From the NCBI RefSeq assembly GCF_052425735.1, contig NC_135760.1, positions 434,001-498,000 of the forward strand: a stretch of DNA of 64,000 nt. The letters are read 5' to 3'. How positions within the stretch are numbered: position 1 is the first letter of the stretch; every line of letters starts with the position of its first letter. The DNA is from Oculina patagonica (taxonomy: Eukaryota). The notes beneath the pieces were generated by a model, which was not told where the DNA came from, searched no databases, and saw only the letters and a list, made by a program, of their open reading frames with translations. A program made the translations under genes and the position numbers. Positions 1-12,620 of this stretch are shown piece by piece.

Positions 1-36
1 TGCATGCAAACACTTGATACATCAATCTGCTCTTAA

Positions 37-269
37 GAGCGAATTTCACTTGAGTGCCGAAAGTAATTCGCGCCTTGGTTTGGTTTTGCATTAGTAAGCT
101 TAGTAATTGGTTTAAAACCCCGCGCCTCTAAAGCGCCTCTTTTTCAACCAATGTAAAACCAAAACCAGTCGCGACACTTTCGCGCACGTTTTTCCGCGCT
201 TTGTGCTGGCTACGTGTATTTGCTTCGAATATTGATTGGTTTGGCTTAACGACACTCAATCGAAAACTG
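37..269. repeat. Interspersed repeat (MITE-like), related copies at 36372-36650 and about 61850-62025
   Basis: Shared motifs AACCAAAACC, AAGCGCGGGAAAACGT (reverse complement here) and GATTGGTTTTGGTTTTAC across three loci in the window. Confidence 0.6.
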
Positions 270-281
270 ATTTGGTCACTC

Positions 282-545
282 GGGGAGCGGGGATGGCGCA
301 GTGGTGAGAGCGTTCGCCTCCCACCAATGTGGCCAGGTTGGAATCTCGGACCCGGCTTCATATGTGGCTCGAGTTTGTCGTTGGTTCTCGTCCTTGCTCC
401 GAGGGTTTTTCTCTCGGTTGTCCGGTTTTCCGTCCTCCCTCCACGTGCACAAAAACAACGCTTCTAAATTCCAATTCGATCCATCCTGGAAACAGTGGAT
501 GATATGAACCGCCACTCTGTGGATGTGCCACTGAAAACTCCTATT
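282..545 (+). mobile_element. tRNA-derived SINE
   Basis: A-box-like TGGCGCAGTGG, degenerate B-box GGTTGGAATCT, body GAGTTTGTCGTTGGTTCTCGTCCTTGCTCCGAGGG. A related inverted copy lies at about 9790-10027. Confidence 0.7.
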
Positions 546-682
546 ATAATTACAACCATTTACAAACAATTTCAATCGATAAAATAATAAGAAGTAAACA
601 GATAACTTTTTACATGTGTGTAAACTCGTTAGTGACCCAAGACATTCTGACAAAATATTTTTTTGATTCCTTCAATTTTCAG

Positions 683-3600
683 CTTGCTGCTTCTAAAGGT
701 AAGACATCTTAGTCATTTTAACTTCCGTTAATCAGGTTTACGTGAATAACGTTGAAGGGGATTTTGGGGAGTAACATAAAATTGTTATTTGAAACTTTCT
801 CGTTTTTCAGCTTAGGATTATGAATTGTGCTGTTTGAACTTTCGAATATCAGGTCTTACTAGTAGTTACATTGACACTACGGGTCTTCATCTTATTAGGT
901 TGCATTGCTGGAGACTTGAGATACAAGGAACACGATGGAACTTACGTGGACTGCAAGGATAAAACCTCGGTTTGCAGTCTTTTTTGTTTGTTTGTTCATC
1001 AGTGTTTGTTGTTAGGGTTTAAGCTTCTTCCAAGCAGGCAGGAGAACCCAAAACATTTAGAACTTGTGTCACGGACTTTAGCCAAATTTTGACATAAGAA
1101 AATGGCCATCAAATTGAGTGAAATATAAAAATAACCATTTAAATGAAACAGTGAAGGAATATTTCAATAAAACGGCAAATACAAGGAAGGTACGGATGGA
1201 CAAAAATTGAAGAAGATTAAAACGGATTGCGATGTGGATATTTAAAAAACTGTAGGCTGAACAGTTTCAAAGTTAATTTCGTTTGTATGTGCTTGACATC
1301 CCCAAAAACGGCTGCGAAGGAGACTAGTTTGTATGTAACTTTAACGCCCGGTAGACATATTTGTTTGTAATAAAGGTATGGTTTTGTCATTTTAATCCAT
1401 AGATTTCTGAAGTAATTTCTTCGCTAACACAAATCAAATCGTAATAAAATAGACTAAACTAAGCCGGCCCTAAAACAGTTCCTTTAATAAGATAACTCTT
1501 TCCCATGTATCTAAGTTATTTTGCTAACGTTTGACTTATTGACCCCCCAGGGTACAATGGTGTCCTCGCACGTGCAGGGAATATACGGTATCCTTGTAGA
1601 CTCTTAGCTTGTAGAGTGATTTAGAAAGTACTGCTCAATTGCTTAATTTCATTTAAATGGTCATACACTAAAGTTTCATCCACAGACTTGAAAGTAAGAC
1701 CCACATTAACAAACAGTACCGGATGAAAGTCAGTATACTGCTCACAATATCGAGAAGGTATCTCGGATGAACTTTCCGGAAATCTTTTATCCTCATTTAA
1801 CTAAATGCATGAAAATTCATCATGTAACAATTTCAGTTCGCCAAAAAGTTGTAAATATTGCCGTTGATGATTTACGGGTTGTTTGTTCTTGACATTGACC
1901 AGATATACATTCAGATGCAAAGTTTGTGTTAGTTGTTGAAAAAGAGGCATCCTTTCAGAGACTTATGGATGACAATGTATTACAGAAGCTACATCCGTGT
2001 ATTGTTATCACTGTAAGTTCGTTCTTACTCTTTTACCCCTTTTAATTTCTTTTCCTAAATCTTGTATGTAAACTGTCATGATTTTGACCCTCAGGGTAAA
2101 GGCTTCCCGGATGTAAATACCCGTATGATGGTCCGTCGACTGTGGTGCACTCTTCAAATACCAATCCTAGCCTTAATGGATGCCGACCCACATGGTAACT
2201 GAGAACTTTCTCCTTCTTTACCTCTGACCTTAAGAAAGTGCTCAGCCAAAATACGAATGACTTTGTTGTTGTATCGCCTTTTCTTTCAATTTTCTTGCAC
2301 GGCGAGCCACGAGTTAGCGGTTGCCAAAATTCTTGGCCAAGTAAAGAATCGTTTTAAAATATGTATTGTGAAACTTGTGTCCTAACAAAATTGCGAGACA
2401 AGGCTTGGTGCAATCCGTTTCAATGTTACTGTTCCCTTTGTTCTTTGTTCTGTTCTTTGCTTTTTTCGCAAAGAACACCCCCCTCCCCCCCCAATGTGAT
2501 GTCAATGGTTATTCCTTTCTTATTTGCAGGTATCGAGATCCTTAGTGTTTACAAGTTTGGTTCTAAGGTAGGTCACCTCAACAACTTTTGTTCAGACTGC
2601 AGATTTATAGCTTTAGATTGAGCTTTTATTAATAAGGTTATGAGGGTCAGGATCGATCGGAAAGTAACGAATGCTTCATTGTCCTACAGGCCCTGTCGTT
2701 TGACGCACACAGTTTGACAGTTCCTGTAATAAAGTGGCTTGGTGTGTTGCCTAGTGACATCAATAGGTATTATCACAACAACTACTAAATCATCTCAGTC
2801 TGCTGTTTTGTAAACAGGTGTCTTTTTAACTTTATCCAGGGCTCGAGACTAACTTTTTTGCTAACTAGCCTAGTGGCTAGTGACACCTTTGATTTCACTA
2901 GCCAAAACCAATATTCTACTAGCCAGAACTTTCAAGCATGGTTTTCTTTTTTTTTTTTTCTCCAAAGCCAACGGAGACAAAAGACAGTGACAAATCGGAC
3001 AAAATAGGTTTATCTTCCCAAATCCTTGCAAATAATAATTAATTGAGCAATTCATGGACGGCGGAGCCGGGGGGGCTGGGGGGGCTTTAGCCCCCCCAGA
3101 ATTTCCGAAAAAATAAAGACTTACTAAGAGAAGAGTATTTTAAGCCCCCCACTTTAAGTCACTAGTCAGCCCCCCCAGTTGGAAAAATGCTCCGCCGTCA
3201 CTGCAATTTGAGCACGTAGTGTAGCTTTATTCCTAGTTGTTAATTGAAACTTTCAAAGGCTTTTTGTCTTATTTCAGGCTCTCCATTTCGCATGACAAAC
3301 TGATACCGCTGACCGACCGAGACAAGTGCAAGGCTCGTGAACTTCTTGAAAGAGCATACATCAAATCACAAGAAGCCTGGGAACAAGAGGTATTTAACGA
3401 CTCAAAAACTTGCATTAAATTTAGCTTGGACGACCAAGAATATGATTAGCTAATAATCAATTGTTAGTGAATGCAACGCTAAAAAACCAGCACTCGAGGC
3501 ACTGAGCCTATCAAATAGTTTAGTCCAACATTTGTTTGAACCTTCTTTGAGTCAGCATTCTACTGTTTTCAGAAGTAATTTTAAACGCATTATGAATGAC

Positions 3601-3931
3601 ATTTAATAAGCAAAATTAACCACGCTTGCAAGCTTGCCATTACAGCCCTGATAGTGACATTTAAAATCCCAGAATTACAAGGCAGATTCTTATAAGACTC
3701 TATAAAACTCAACTCGTATCTCATCTCTTAGTTTAAATTTTAAAATATGATGATGCCGTATCTGATGCCGATCGTTTAATTAATTTAATTAAGTTCCATT
3801 TGTACTTTCAGATTCGGACCATGTTGTCCTTGGGATACAAGGCAGAGATTCAAGCTCTTTCTTCCATTTCTTTTGAGTTTCTCACAGATACTTATCTTCC
3901 TGTCAAGATCAAACACGGCAGATGGATCTGA
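683..3931 (+). CDS. SPO11: Meiotic recombination protein SPO11, 3' part (9 exons; 5' exons upstream of window)
   Basis: GT-AG exons 683-698, 899-969, 1551-1587, 1903-2012, 2095-2194, 2530-2567, 2690-2766, 3278-3389, 3812-3931 splice in frame. Product: LAASKGCIAGDLRY...DAKFVLVVEKEASFQRL...CIVITGKGFPDVNTR...LMDADPHGIEILSVYKFGS...IKWLGVLPSD...KAEIQAL...YLPVKIKHGRWI*. These are the Toprim motifs VEK, GKGxPD and DADPHG of Spo11/TopoVIA. Confidence 0.96.
3053..3203. mobile_element. Small TIR MITE with 5-bp TSD (CAATT) in SPO11 intron
   Basis: CATGGACGGCGGAGC...GCTCCGCCGTCACTG, flanked on both sides by CAATT. Confidence 0.7.
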
Positions 3932-4383
3932 CGTCACCAGCATTTACCCTGCTAAAAATCGCGAATCAGTTCCCCTAATAGCATTCAATTTCATTGGGAA
4001 CAAAATAATGTTTTGATATATTTTTATATAGATCAACTATTCAGTAATAAAGTGTTCTCTTAGCGAGTGCTCGCAGTTGCTCGTATTCATTTCTGGACCA
4101 AAATGAATCGTAAAAAAACGTCACGTTTCCTCTCGACTTGGGGACAATCAGATGGGGACAATCAGATCTTGTTGACGCATTTTTTACCCTTGACTTATCA
4201 GTCTCGGGAGAAAGCAAGGAAATACTAGGCTTTGTCAAGGTCACTTGCGATTGCCTTTGCCTCTGTCGTGTCTGTTTCAAAACAAGGCACAAAACACACT
4301 TTATTTCGAACGAAAGGCAAAAGGGTGGCAGGGACGATTCTAAGCCCAGTTTATTGAACATTCTTTCAAATAGGTCACCGTAC

Positions 4384-4742
4384 TCTTTTACTAATAAAAT
4401 CACTTATGTCCAGAAATGCACGCAATTACGGTTTTTACAAATTTTACGACTTTTCGTTACTGCGCTTTGTTTTGTTAATAACAACACGTCAGGAAAGCGG
4501 CGCTGCGGATTTTACAAAATTTGCGAAAATTGCGAATTTTACCATTTTAACGATTTTCACGATTTTTCGTTACCGCGCTTTGCGGTTTTTACAAAAAGTT
4601 TCGTCCTTTGTTATGTTATTAAAACAGAATATATCTCGATAAAATGGCGATTTTCATTCACCTCTCTAGCGTATAAAGAAAAAGCCACCATTTTTAATGT
4701 GCGCGCTAATCGCGCGTTAGATTATGCACAGTAAAAGCCAGT
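4384..4742 (+). mobile_element. Possible non-autonomous Helitron-like element
   Basis: 5' TCTTTTACTAATAAAA, internal short tandem repeats, subterminal GC hairpin GCGCGCTAATCGCGC, 3' GCCAGT. No TIRs seen. Confidence 0.3.
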
Positions 4743-5248
4743 AAGGATGTGTAATGCAATACTAAGGAATGAACGTACGTTTTCAGAAAATGTATACTTA
4801 AAAGAAAACTTTTATCCATTTAAGTCCACTGAAAAGATTACAAAGCGGTGTTTTAAGCTAAGGCTGTACAAATAAAAAGAATAAAAAATGTGTCTCGTGT
4901 CGTGATATTTATTATATTCAAGTTCTGCCTTTACTCAGCCTTTACTCTGCCTTGTACTAGAGACGTTCCAGTATACTTCTAATCTACTTGAAAGATAAAG
5001 TATTTCACAATCTCAATTCTTCCTTTTATTGCTATGAAGTCTTCTGGTATTAAACGCCATTTTGATGTTCATAGATACTTTCGTTTTATTGTAAGTAAAT
5101 TTGTTGAACTTAAACCCGAGTGAAAAGTAAGCTATTTACAACTGTTATAGTGCCGTTCAAAAAAATTTAACCACAGTTCCTACATTTTGCTGTATTAAAC
5201 TCTCTAATAAAAATTCTACTGATTTCCTACTACAAGCTTGTTGAATAA

Positions 5249-8200
5249 CTAAGTATGCTGAAGAGATCTATTAAATGCATTATAAGCTTGCTCCAGATCA
5301 AATAACATCTGTCGCACTTGTTCCTCGGTAAGTTCATCACTTGCTTTCATACTGCTCAGGGTTTCATACCTGCGATTCACAGGGTAAGCAAGTCAGTAAT
5401 CAATAAGCAAAACTTACCTACTCGCCAAGTGGCAGGGCTGTGGTTTAGCAGAGCCCGGGTGCCTCAGGGGACTTACTTTGCCTTCGGGCGACCTGTACAT
5501 CTTTTCTACCATGAAAGCTTCTAAGAGCTGGGCACCCAAGAGCACAGCTTTGAGTGGTTTGGCTTTTTCTCACTAACATCTTGTTTTTACACTTTTAACA
5601 GTTGCATAAATTTTTTCTTGTATAATGTATATGTAAAACAATTTCTTTGAACTGTTTTTGCTATTGTAAACGCTTGAATTATGGTGTTTCATCAAATTTA
5701 TTCATAAGAATTTATGGGTTTCTGGTTACATAAAAAAATTATATTACTATAAACAAAATATTTTGAAGAGTTAAATTTTAACAATCTGTGTGAATACTCG
5801 TAGAAAATTTTTTGGAAACTCGGGATATTGCATGGGATATCGTTCAGTTTTGACTTTGTTGCGGGATCATGCAGTAGAAAAAGTATCAATGTGTTACAAA
5901 GGATAAAAGGAAACCTTATTTGGAAATATTTCCTTTTCTTTTCACACACAGGTAAAGTTTGTCCTTAGTTGTCACTTTATTCAGTGGTGTAAGCAGATAG
6001 GACTCTTTTTAAACCTTGACACTGTCACAGATGAAATGCAGCTATCAAAGGTTACCAAATTCCTCCCCTGACAGTTTTATTACCGTAGGTTTTCCTGGAT
6101 TAAGCCAGCACCCATTTTATACTTTAAGTTAAGTTTATTAGTTACACAACCATCACTTCTAACAAGTAAGACTTAAGTTCAAGTCTTATTGCAATTATGT
6201 CCCCAAAGTGCTACAAAGTTGCAGGTCTTTGCATACACTGTGGTTTACATGATACTAGGTAATAAGGGTTCCATGCTCCCTGCTGTATCTGACCTAAATA
6301 CATGTAGCAAAATTACTAAAGCCTTACCATTGGTTGACTTTGACTTTCCCCTCAAAATCTTCAGGAAGTGCACTTAGGCTATTCATGGTATCCATCAGGT
6401 CTCTAAGATCTGGATGAATCTGTTTAGGAAATTACAATCACAAGCTGTTAGCATTTGAACAATTTACAAAGAATAAAATGGAAACAAGAATTATAAATGT
6501 AACAAATGTTGAATGAGAGCTGAATTGCTTGTAAATTCAGGTCTATGGAAATGAAACTTGCTGATTTTCAGTGGGAAGAACAGTCTGTTTTAATTCAGGA
6601 ATTGAAAGAAACTGACAAATTGTCAGTAGCAGCGTTGAAATCAGTGAATATGATGACTAATAGGATCATTAGCAGCTATAACATAAAAGCTAGAGCTATT
6701 AAGCCCCACTCCCCACCCCACTGCTTATTTCTTTTCAAGACCTATCGGGGTGTGGGCTTATAACAGAGAAAGGAGGGCTTAATTCCAAACCATTTGTCAT
6801 TTAGGGTATGCATAAAAGTTAATGTGGTTGTTGAAAAACTTTAAAACCATAACGTTGCCTTGTTTTCTTGTTCATAAATTGTTGCAATCTTCCATCTAGG
6901 AAATGGGGAGAGTGGGCTTATTTAAAGATATTAAGAACTTACAAAGGAGGACTAAAAGAGCAAGGGGGTGGTGGGCTTAGAAAAAGCTTTTATGATAATG
7001 ATGCTTGTTACCTCATCCATTGCTCTGATTTGAAGTCGTAGTTTATCCATAATTGTTATAAAAAGCTGAAATGAAAGGTATTTATTTAATGTTGTGACAT
7101 AAGGAAGTAGGCCCTACTGGAAAACATGGCTTATAAAACTGACCGACTGACTATCTGAGAGATGTAATTATGATGAATTGGATTAGGAATATTCAGGGAA
7201 TGAACCATGCAGAAAGTACTAAGTGATGATAAAGCAATATTCACTCACTGAAACTGTGTCTGCAATAGCTTTACTTGTGTTCCCTTTGTCGTCCTTAATG
7301 GTGATTGGTCTGCCTTCCTTTATTCTCTCTAATGCTGCAGGACAATCCAGCTAAACAAACACAATCATGAGTTTACTACAATTAAAATGTGTTTATTACT
7401 GCACTTTTCAAAATCATGCGGACTCTTGCGATTTCTGCTGCTATCAGTCATCTTGGCAGTCCTTCCAGGAAAGTTCACTTCAACAGGTTCAAAAGGTCAA
7501 GTCTGTGGGTTGTGATTGGTAGATGTGATCCATTTTGTTTGCTTTGTTTTCTAAGTTTGTTAATTGTCATTGTCACTATGATTGACGGTAACAAAAATGC
7601 AAGCCTAGTTGGATTTTGAATTTCAGATGTCAGTATGACAGAATCATGAAAAACACTGTACTAATACTTATTCAGTTGCGTGTGCTGTGTATCAAGCTAA
7701 TAAAACTAATAAAATCAATGAAATTGCCTTAACCATTCTTTTCTTTATTACAAAGCATACAAGAGAGTAACAGTTTAGCACAATAGACCATTTGCATTAT
7801 GACGTAAAAGTGCAAAGACTTCTGGTAGTTGTAGTTAAGTTCGCGGGAAAACACCATTTCTGCCTTATGATTGGCTAAGGGCAGCCAAGCGTGAAGGTGG
7901 ACATCCAAGACTTTTATTTTGATCTGAAGTTGAGCTGCAAAGTTTACGCTCTTGTTGCTTCGAAATTTGTTTATACATTTATTTTTTCAGTTACCTGTCA
8001 AAAATATAGAAAACAGGATGATAGCTTTGGAATGAAAATTGACTGAGTTCTGTGTTTTAACCAAGACAGACAAATGTTGTTTGTGTTCAAGTAAGTTTGA
8101 GTGTGGCGGAGTTGACTTGCTAGGGATTCATTCATCGCGGCCGACAACTTCTCTTCGTAAATAATTTTAGCCTAATATCACAGCTTCAAAAAAAAGCGCA

Positions 8201-11200
8201 CTGGAAACAGATTGCTTGAAAGGACGAGTCGAGGATATAACTAAATTTGTGTGGAATCAAGTGAAAGCAAGGCAAGCCATTGACTTTGTTCTTAATCGAT
8301 TTTCAGACGTTCAACAAACGATCGCTTCCATCGATCACAGGTGAATTAATTCTTCACTGAAAAGCTTAGAAAATTTACCATATATCATGATTTCTCGGCG
8401 GGACGGTCAGTTCAGTTTATTTTTACAGTGAGACAGAGAAACGAGTCAAATAATTTTCCTCGTTCAATCGAGCTTCATCGATAAATCATGAAGGGTCAAT
8501 CATAAAGGATTTTCAAGCTGATCAATCAAAACTTCCCTGTGCAGGTGAATACAGATCATTTGTTTTTATCTTAAAATTGAATTTTTTCGTCAAATTAGAA
8601 CTGCAATTGCAATATTCTTTAACAAAGAAGTTTTCTTGTTTTTGTACTGGAAATGTCAACTCGTCGAGTAGCAGTTGTGGTTTCAATCCGAGCGAGGGCC
8701 GTGCGAGCAAATATAATTTTATTTCCATAATCTTGTTGATGAACGATTACTTGTGCGACTCGAAAGGTGAGCCTCAAAGATTTTTACGAGTGTAGAAATC
8801 ATGTACTGTGCTCCCCCATGTTTAGAAAGGGTAAAATATTGCGTCTTCGTATATTATTTGAAAATACCTGGTAAGCAAAAGTTTTAGGAATTTAACTAAA
8901 TAACCGCTCGACTGAGACTTGGAGGAAACATGTTGAAACTTCACTACAAAACGCAACCCAGCAAATATACAATTTCTTGCATAGATTTTTTTTTTTTTCA
9001 ATTTAACGGACTTGGTTTTATACTGAGAGGTTGTTTTTTGCCCTTTAAATGAAGCCACAGGGACGTCTTCTTCGGTGAGAGTAATTTTCTTTACCTCCAT
9101 CACGATTTTCTTGGGCAAGCGAGCTTGATGACGATTCAACATGTTCAAAATTTCCCGCGAACCTAACTACAACTACCAGAAGTCTTTGCGCTTTTACGTC
9201 ATAATGCAAATGGTCTATTGGCTTTGACTTACAAAAATATGCTGTCCAGTAAAGAGTTGAAATGTACATATGTTTTATAAACAATATTTTCAAGCAAAAA
9301 ATACTAAGATTTTGCCCTTAGCAGTGCACATCCACGTTAAAATAAAGTAAAGCTCTTTGAAAATGTAACTCATTGTTCTCTTACCCTGAATTTTTTCATA
9401 AAGGCTTCTACTGTTGGATACTCGGCTGATTGCACAAGCTTGAAGGCTGCCTAAAGTAGCAAATAATATGAATAAGTTATTTTTTTAAATGTAATTCTTT
9501 TTTAATTAATTATATGCCACATGAATGATTGGTCTTCAGAGCAAGCCACTTACTATAATTATTGTTATAACAATAATAAATAAACATTAAAAGCTTTACT
9601 CTGTTAAACCAGCATAATGATCAGCACCTGCTGATTGTGTCGGCAGAAAATTTCTAGGATTTTGAGCACTTTCTCGTTACCACAGAGCAGGCCTTTGTGT
9701 TGTAAGCACTAGCTATATTTTTATACTGCAGATGTTGGTACAAGCTCCATTAAATAAATTATCAACTATGTTTAATGAGGTTGCACGTTACAACATTCTT
9801 GCAAGTTCTGACAAACCTGTGGCCCTCAAATTCCCAATCAAATTGGAATTTAGAAGTGTTGGTTTTTGTGAAGGGAGGAAAACTGGAGAACCCAGCGAAA
9901 AAACCTTAGAACAGGAACAAGAACCAGCAACAAACTCAACCAACATATGATGCTGGGTCTGGGAATCAATCCCGGCATATTGGTGGGAAGCGAGGGCTCT
10001 CACCACTGTGCTATCCAAGTTCCCCTATTCCCTTGACAGCCTTTTACTATTGTTAGTTGGGTGGATGTCTCTTAGACTGAAATAATTGACACAAGGCTAA
10101 TAATTATTTATCTACTACCCCACAAGGGAAACATACTGATAAAGCAGGGTTAGACATCTTTTTAACTGGCCTATACAAATAGCCACTAGGCTTGTATAAG
10201 CAGTTTAGGTTAACTCACCCACATTAGTGAGACATAATGCTTTAATGGCAGTGCTCGACACTTACTTTTTTTGATACTAGGCCTTAGGCTAGTAAGTTCA
10301 AATAATCACTAGCCCAAAAGGACAAGTCACTAGCCACCCCCCTCCCAAAAAAAAATAAAATTAGAAAGCCGAGTTTGAATCAGCTTATCCCTCAGCTAAA
10401 CTCTTAGAGTCCTCCATTGAATTGCAGAAACGGATATGCTTTCTTCCAACTCGTTTGAAAATTTCTTGACCGCTGATTGCACTTCTTTTTCTCTTCATGA
10501 TGTGTGTGGTCCTTTGGTGAACAATGTTAATTTGGTTCAGGATTATCGGCCCTTGGAGGTCGTTGCAAAAAGCTTGAAATCTCCTTCATGCTTGCAGTGA
10601 CACAGTGACTGCTCGCGCGAAAAAATCCAAGATGGTGGACCTATGGTGGCTCTCACGGAGGTCCCTTGTGAGTGACATGGAAGCAAGGACGGAGAGCCTT
10701 TTCCAAGATGGCGTCAGGTTTGTGTTTGCGAGTCTATCGTAAAACCGATACAATACGATATGGATCGAAAGCCCTCTGGTTTTCGATTGCTCAAGCCATG
10801 GAAACTAGATCCTGATGATGGTTTCTAGGAGAAATACTTCCCAAGTTATAGAGTTGTAGTTAATTTATTTTTCCACGAAGCCAACTAGTCTAGGGGCTAG
10901 TAGGAGCGTACTTTCACTAGCCCAGCATGAAGTCTTACTAGTCCTTGGCTAGTGTACTAGCGTTAGTGTCGAGCACTGTAATGGTTATGCTAGCAATATG
11001 AATGGTGCTAATCTTACCTTGTATTGAACCAGCAACTTTGAACAGGCAGCAGTGTACCTAAAATACGGAAAGTAAGAGTATAGACTAAGTTCAAATAGAG
11101 ACCTACTATAAAGGTTAAAGTCTGTTACAGTGTAATAATAGAGAGCTCAAGCACAGATGTTTTTGAGTCACAGAAAGCGTATGCCAGTCACCTCGCCACC

Positions 11201-12289
11201 AACCAACTCAACACCAAGGGAAGTCACCTCACCACACTTAAAGAACGAGAAATATTCAGGGTCTCACTCCCTTGGTAGTTGGATTTGACTTCTCTCGGTG
11301 GCGAGATGACCAGATACCCCGGAAGGCAACCCTGAACGCAACTGTTATTGTAATCCCAGCGGGTACCAAGTCTGAAGTGAAATCTACTTACTCTCTTGGT
11401 GTCACAACATCTCTGATGTAAGCTTTCTCTAGACACTGAAGAGTGTTGATAATGGAAAACAGATCTGCCATGTTGTCATATCTGTAAGACATTTGTTTGA
11501 ATAATTTGTATAAAAAAAAGCCAAACTATGTTATATGCATAGTCATCCAGCTAGTATTCCATACAGTCAACTCTCGCCTTGCGGACACCTCGCTATTACA
11601 GACACCCCATTATTACCGTCAGGAGTTGAAGTCGCAGTGAATAAGAATTACTGAAAATAACTCTGTTACTACGGAATTCTAGTATAACATACACCAAATG
11701 GTGGTCTTGAAGGTGTCCCTTATAGAGAGAGTTAACTATACTTGGAATACTGCATAATGATCTTTAAGTCAGTGGTAAAAATAGATATATTACAGTTCAC
11801 TTACGTTTCTCTTTCTCTTGCATTCTTAAAGAGCTTCACCTCCTAATTAAGTTAGAAGAACAGCTTTCAGTATGCAACTTAAACGATACAGTGAAAGCTA
11901 AAATTTTTAACAGAATTTAATACTCGCAGCTGTTTATACTCGCGCAGACAACATAAGCTTAAATATGTCTCTTTTGCGGAAAAATGCTAATAAAAACAAA
12001 TCGACAGTAGATTCCTACCTCAAACAACTCTGGCCTCATTGCTATATGAAACATAAAAATTAACAATAATTATTCAATTAAGCAAGCTAAATATACATTT
12101 TTTTTAAGTCTTTTTATAAGCCTTTAGTTGCTGTTCAAATTCAAAATGGAGTCTTGCAAATGTACGTTACTTTCCTAAAGATTTCCAACTTCTTACCACT
12201 AAAATTCATGCTTTTCTCAAAATTACACTTGTACAACACGCATACAAACCTTGCTGAGATGGCTGATTTCCAGAAATACCTGCAAACAT
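5249..12289 (-). CDS. VPS28: Vacuolar protein sorting 28 (ESCRT-I subunit), complete, 10 coding exons
   Basis: Exons 12250-12289, 12019-12041, 11805-11842, 11392-11481, 11018-11057, 9385-9450, 7249-7350, 7012-7065, 6328-6419, 5249-5369; all phases compatible. Product: [58 protein letters not shown]...YTAACSKLLVQYKAAF...LDCPAALERIKEGRPITIKDDKGN...LFITIMDKLRL...QVRQMLFDLEQAYNAFNRSLQHT*. Confidence 0.97.
7781..9220. mobile_element. Non-autonomous DNA transposon with ~70-bp TIRs in VPS28 intron
   Basis: CAATAGACCATTTGCATTATGACGTAAAAG...TCGCGGGAAA at 7781-7850 is inversely repeated at 9151-9220. No transposase ORF. Confidence 0.85.
9790..10027 (-). mobile_element. tRNA-derived SINE (same family as 282-545)
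   Basis: Reverse complement shows the same head (GCACAGTGGTGAGAGCCCTCGCTTCCCACCAAT) and body. Confidence 0.7.
10249..10978. mobile_element. hAT-like non-autonomous element with 6-bp TSD (TAATGG)
   Basis: TIR CAGTGCTCGACACT...AGTGTCGAGCACTG with TAATGG directly on both sides. A related single end (CAGGGCTCGAGACTAAC) lies at about 2837. Confidence 0.8.
11563..11740. mobile_element. Tc1/mariner-type MITE (degenerate)
   Basis: TA-CAGTCAACTCTC...GAGAGTTAACTA-TA termini. Confidence 0.55.
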
Positions 12290-12620
12290 ATTTAAAATTG
12301 AAATATTGTGCTTTGACAACCTATATTGAGCTGTGAATCATTTGCTTGTTTTAGTCTTACATGACGTAATTTCAGCGTCTCGCTTAGTAGCCTGGCCGTG
12401 GCGCGTTATTCGCGTTTCACGCTCTCGTTACGTGCTTCAGACCTTTCTAACTTGTTTACCCTCCCTAACAAAATACCATCACTAACCTCAACCAGCCTAC
12501 TATAAGCCCTTTGGGCGTTGGAACACTTGGCTTAACACCACTGTGGGGAATATGCAAATGACTGCCCCAAAAAGTAGCTCATCGGAGTGTAAATAAAGCA
12601 CCGTAATCCAACAGAACAGG
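12290..12620. promoter_or_regulatory. Probable bidirectional promoter between VPS28 and the GT14 gene
   Basis: Divergent ATGs 332 bp apart. CpG-richer tract at 12360-12440. A minus-strand GTAAG donor at about 12360 suggests a VPS28 5'UTR exon. Confidence 0.5.

Noticed and set aside
4138-4734. 198-aa ORF
   Set aside because: Non-ATG start, no recognisable domain, and it runs through repeat-like sequence.
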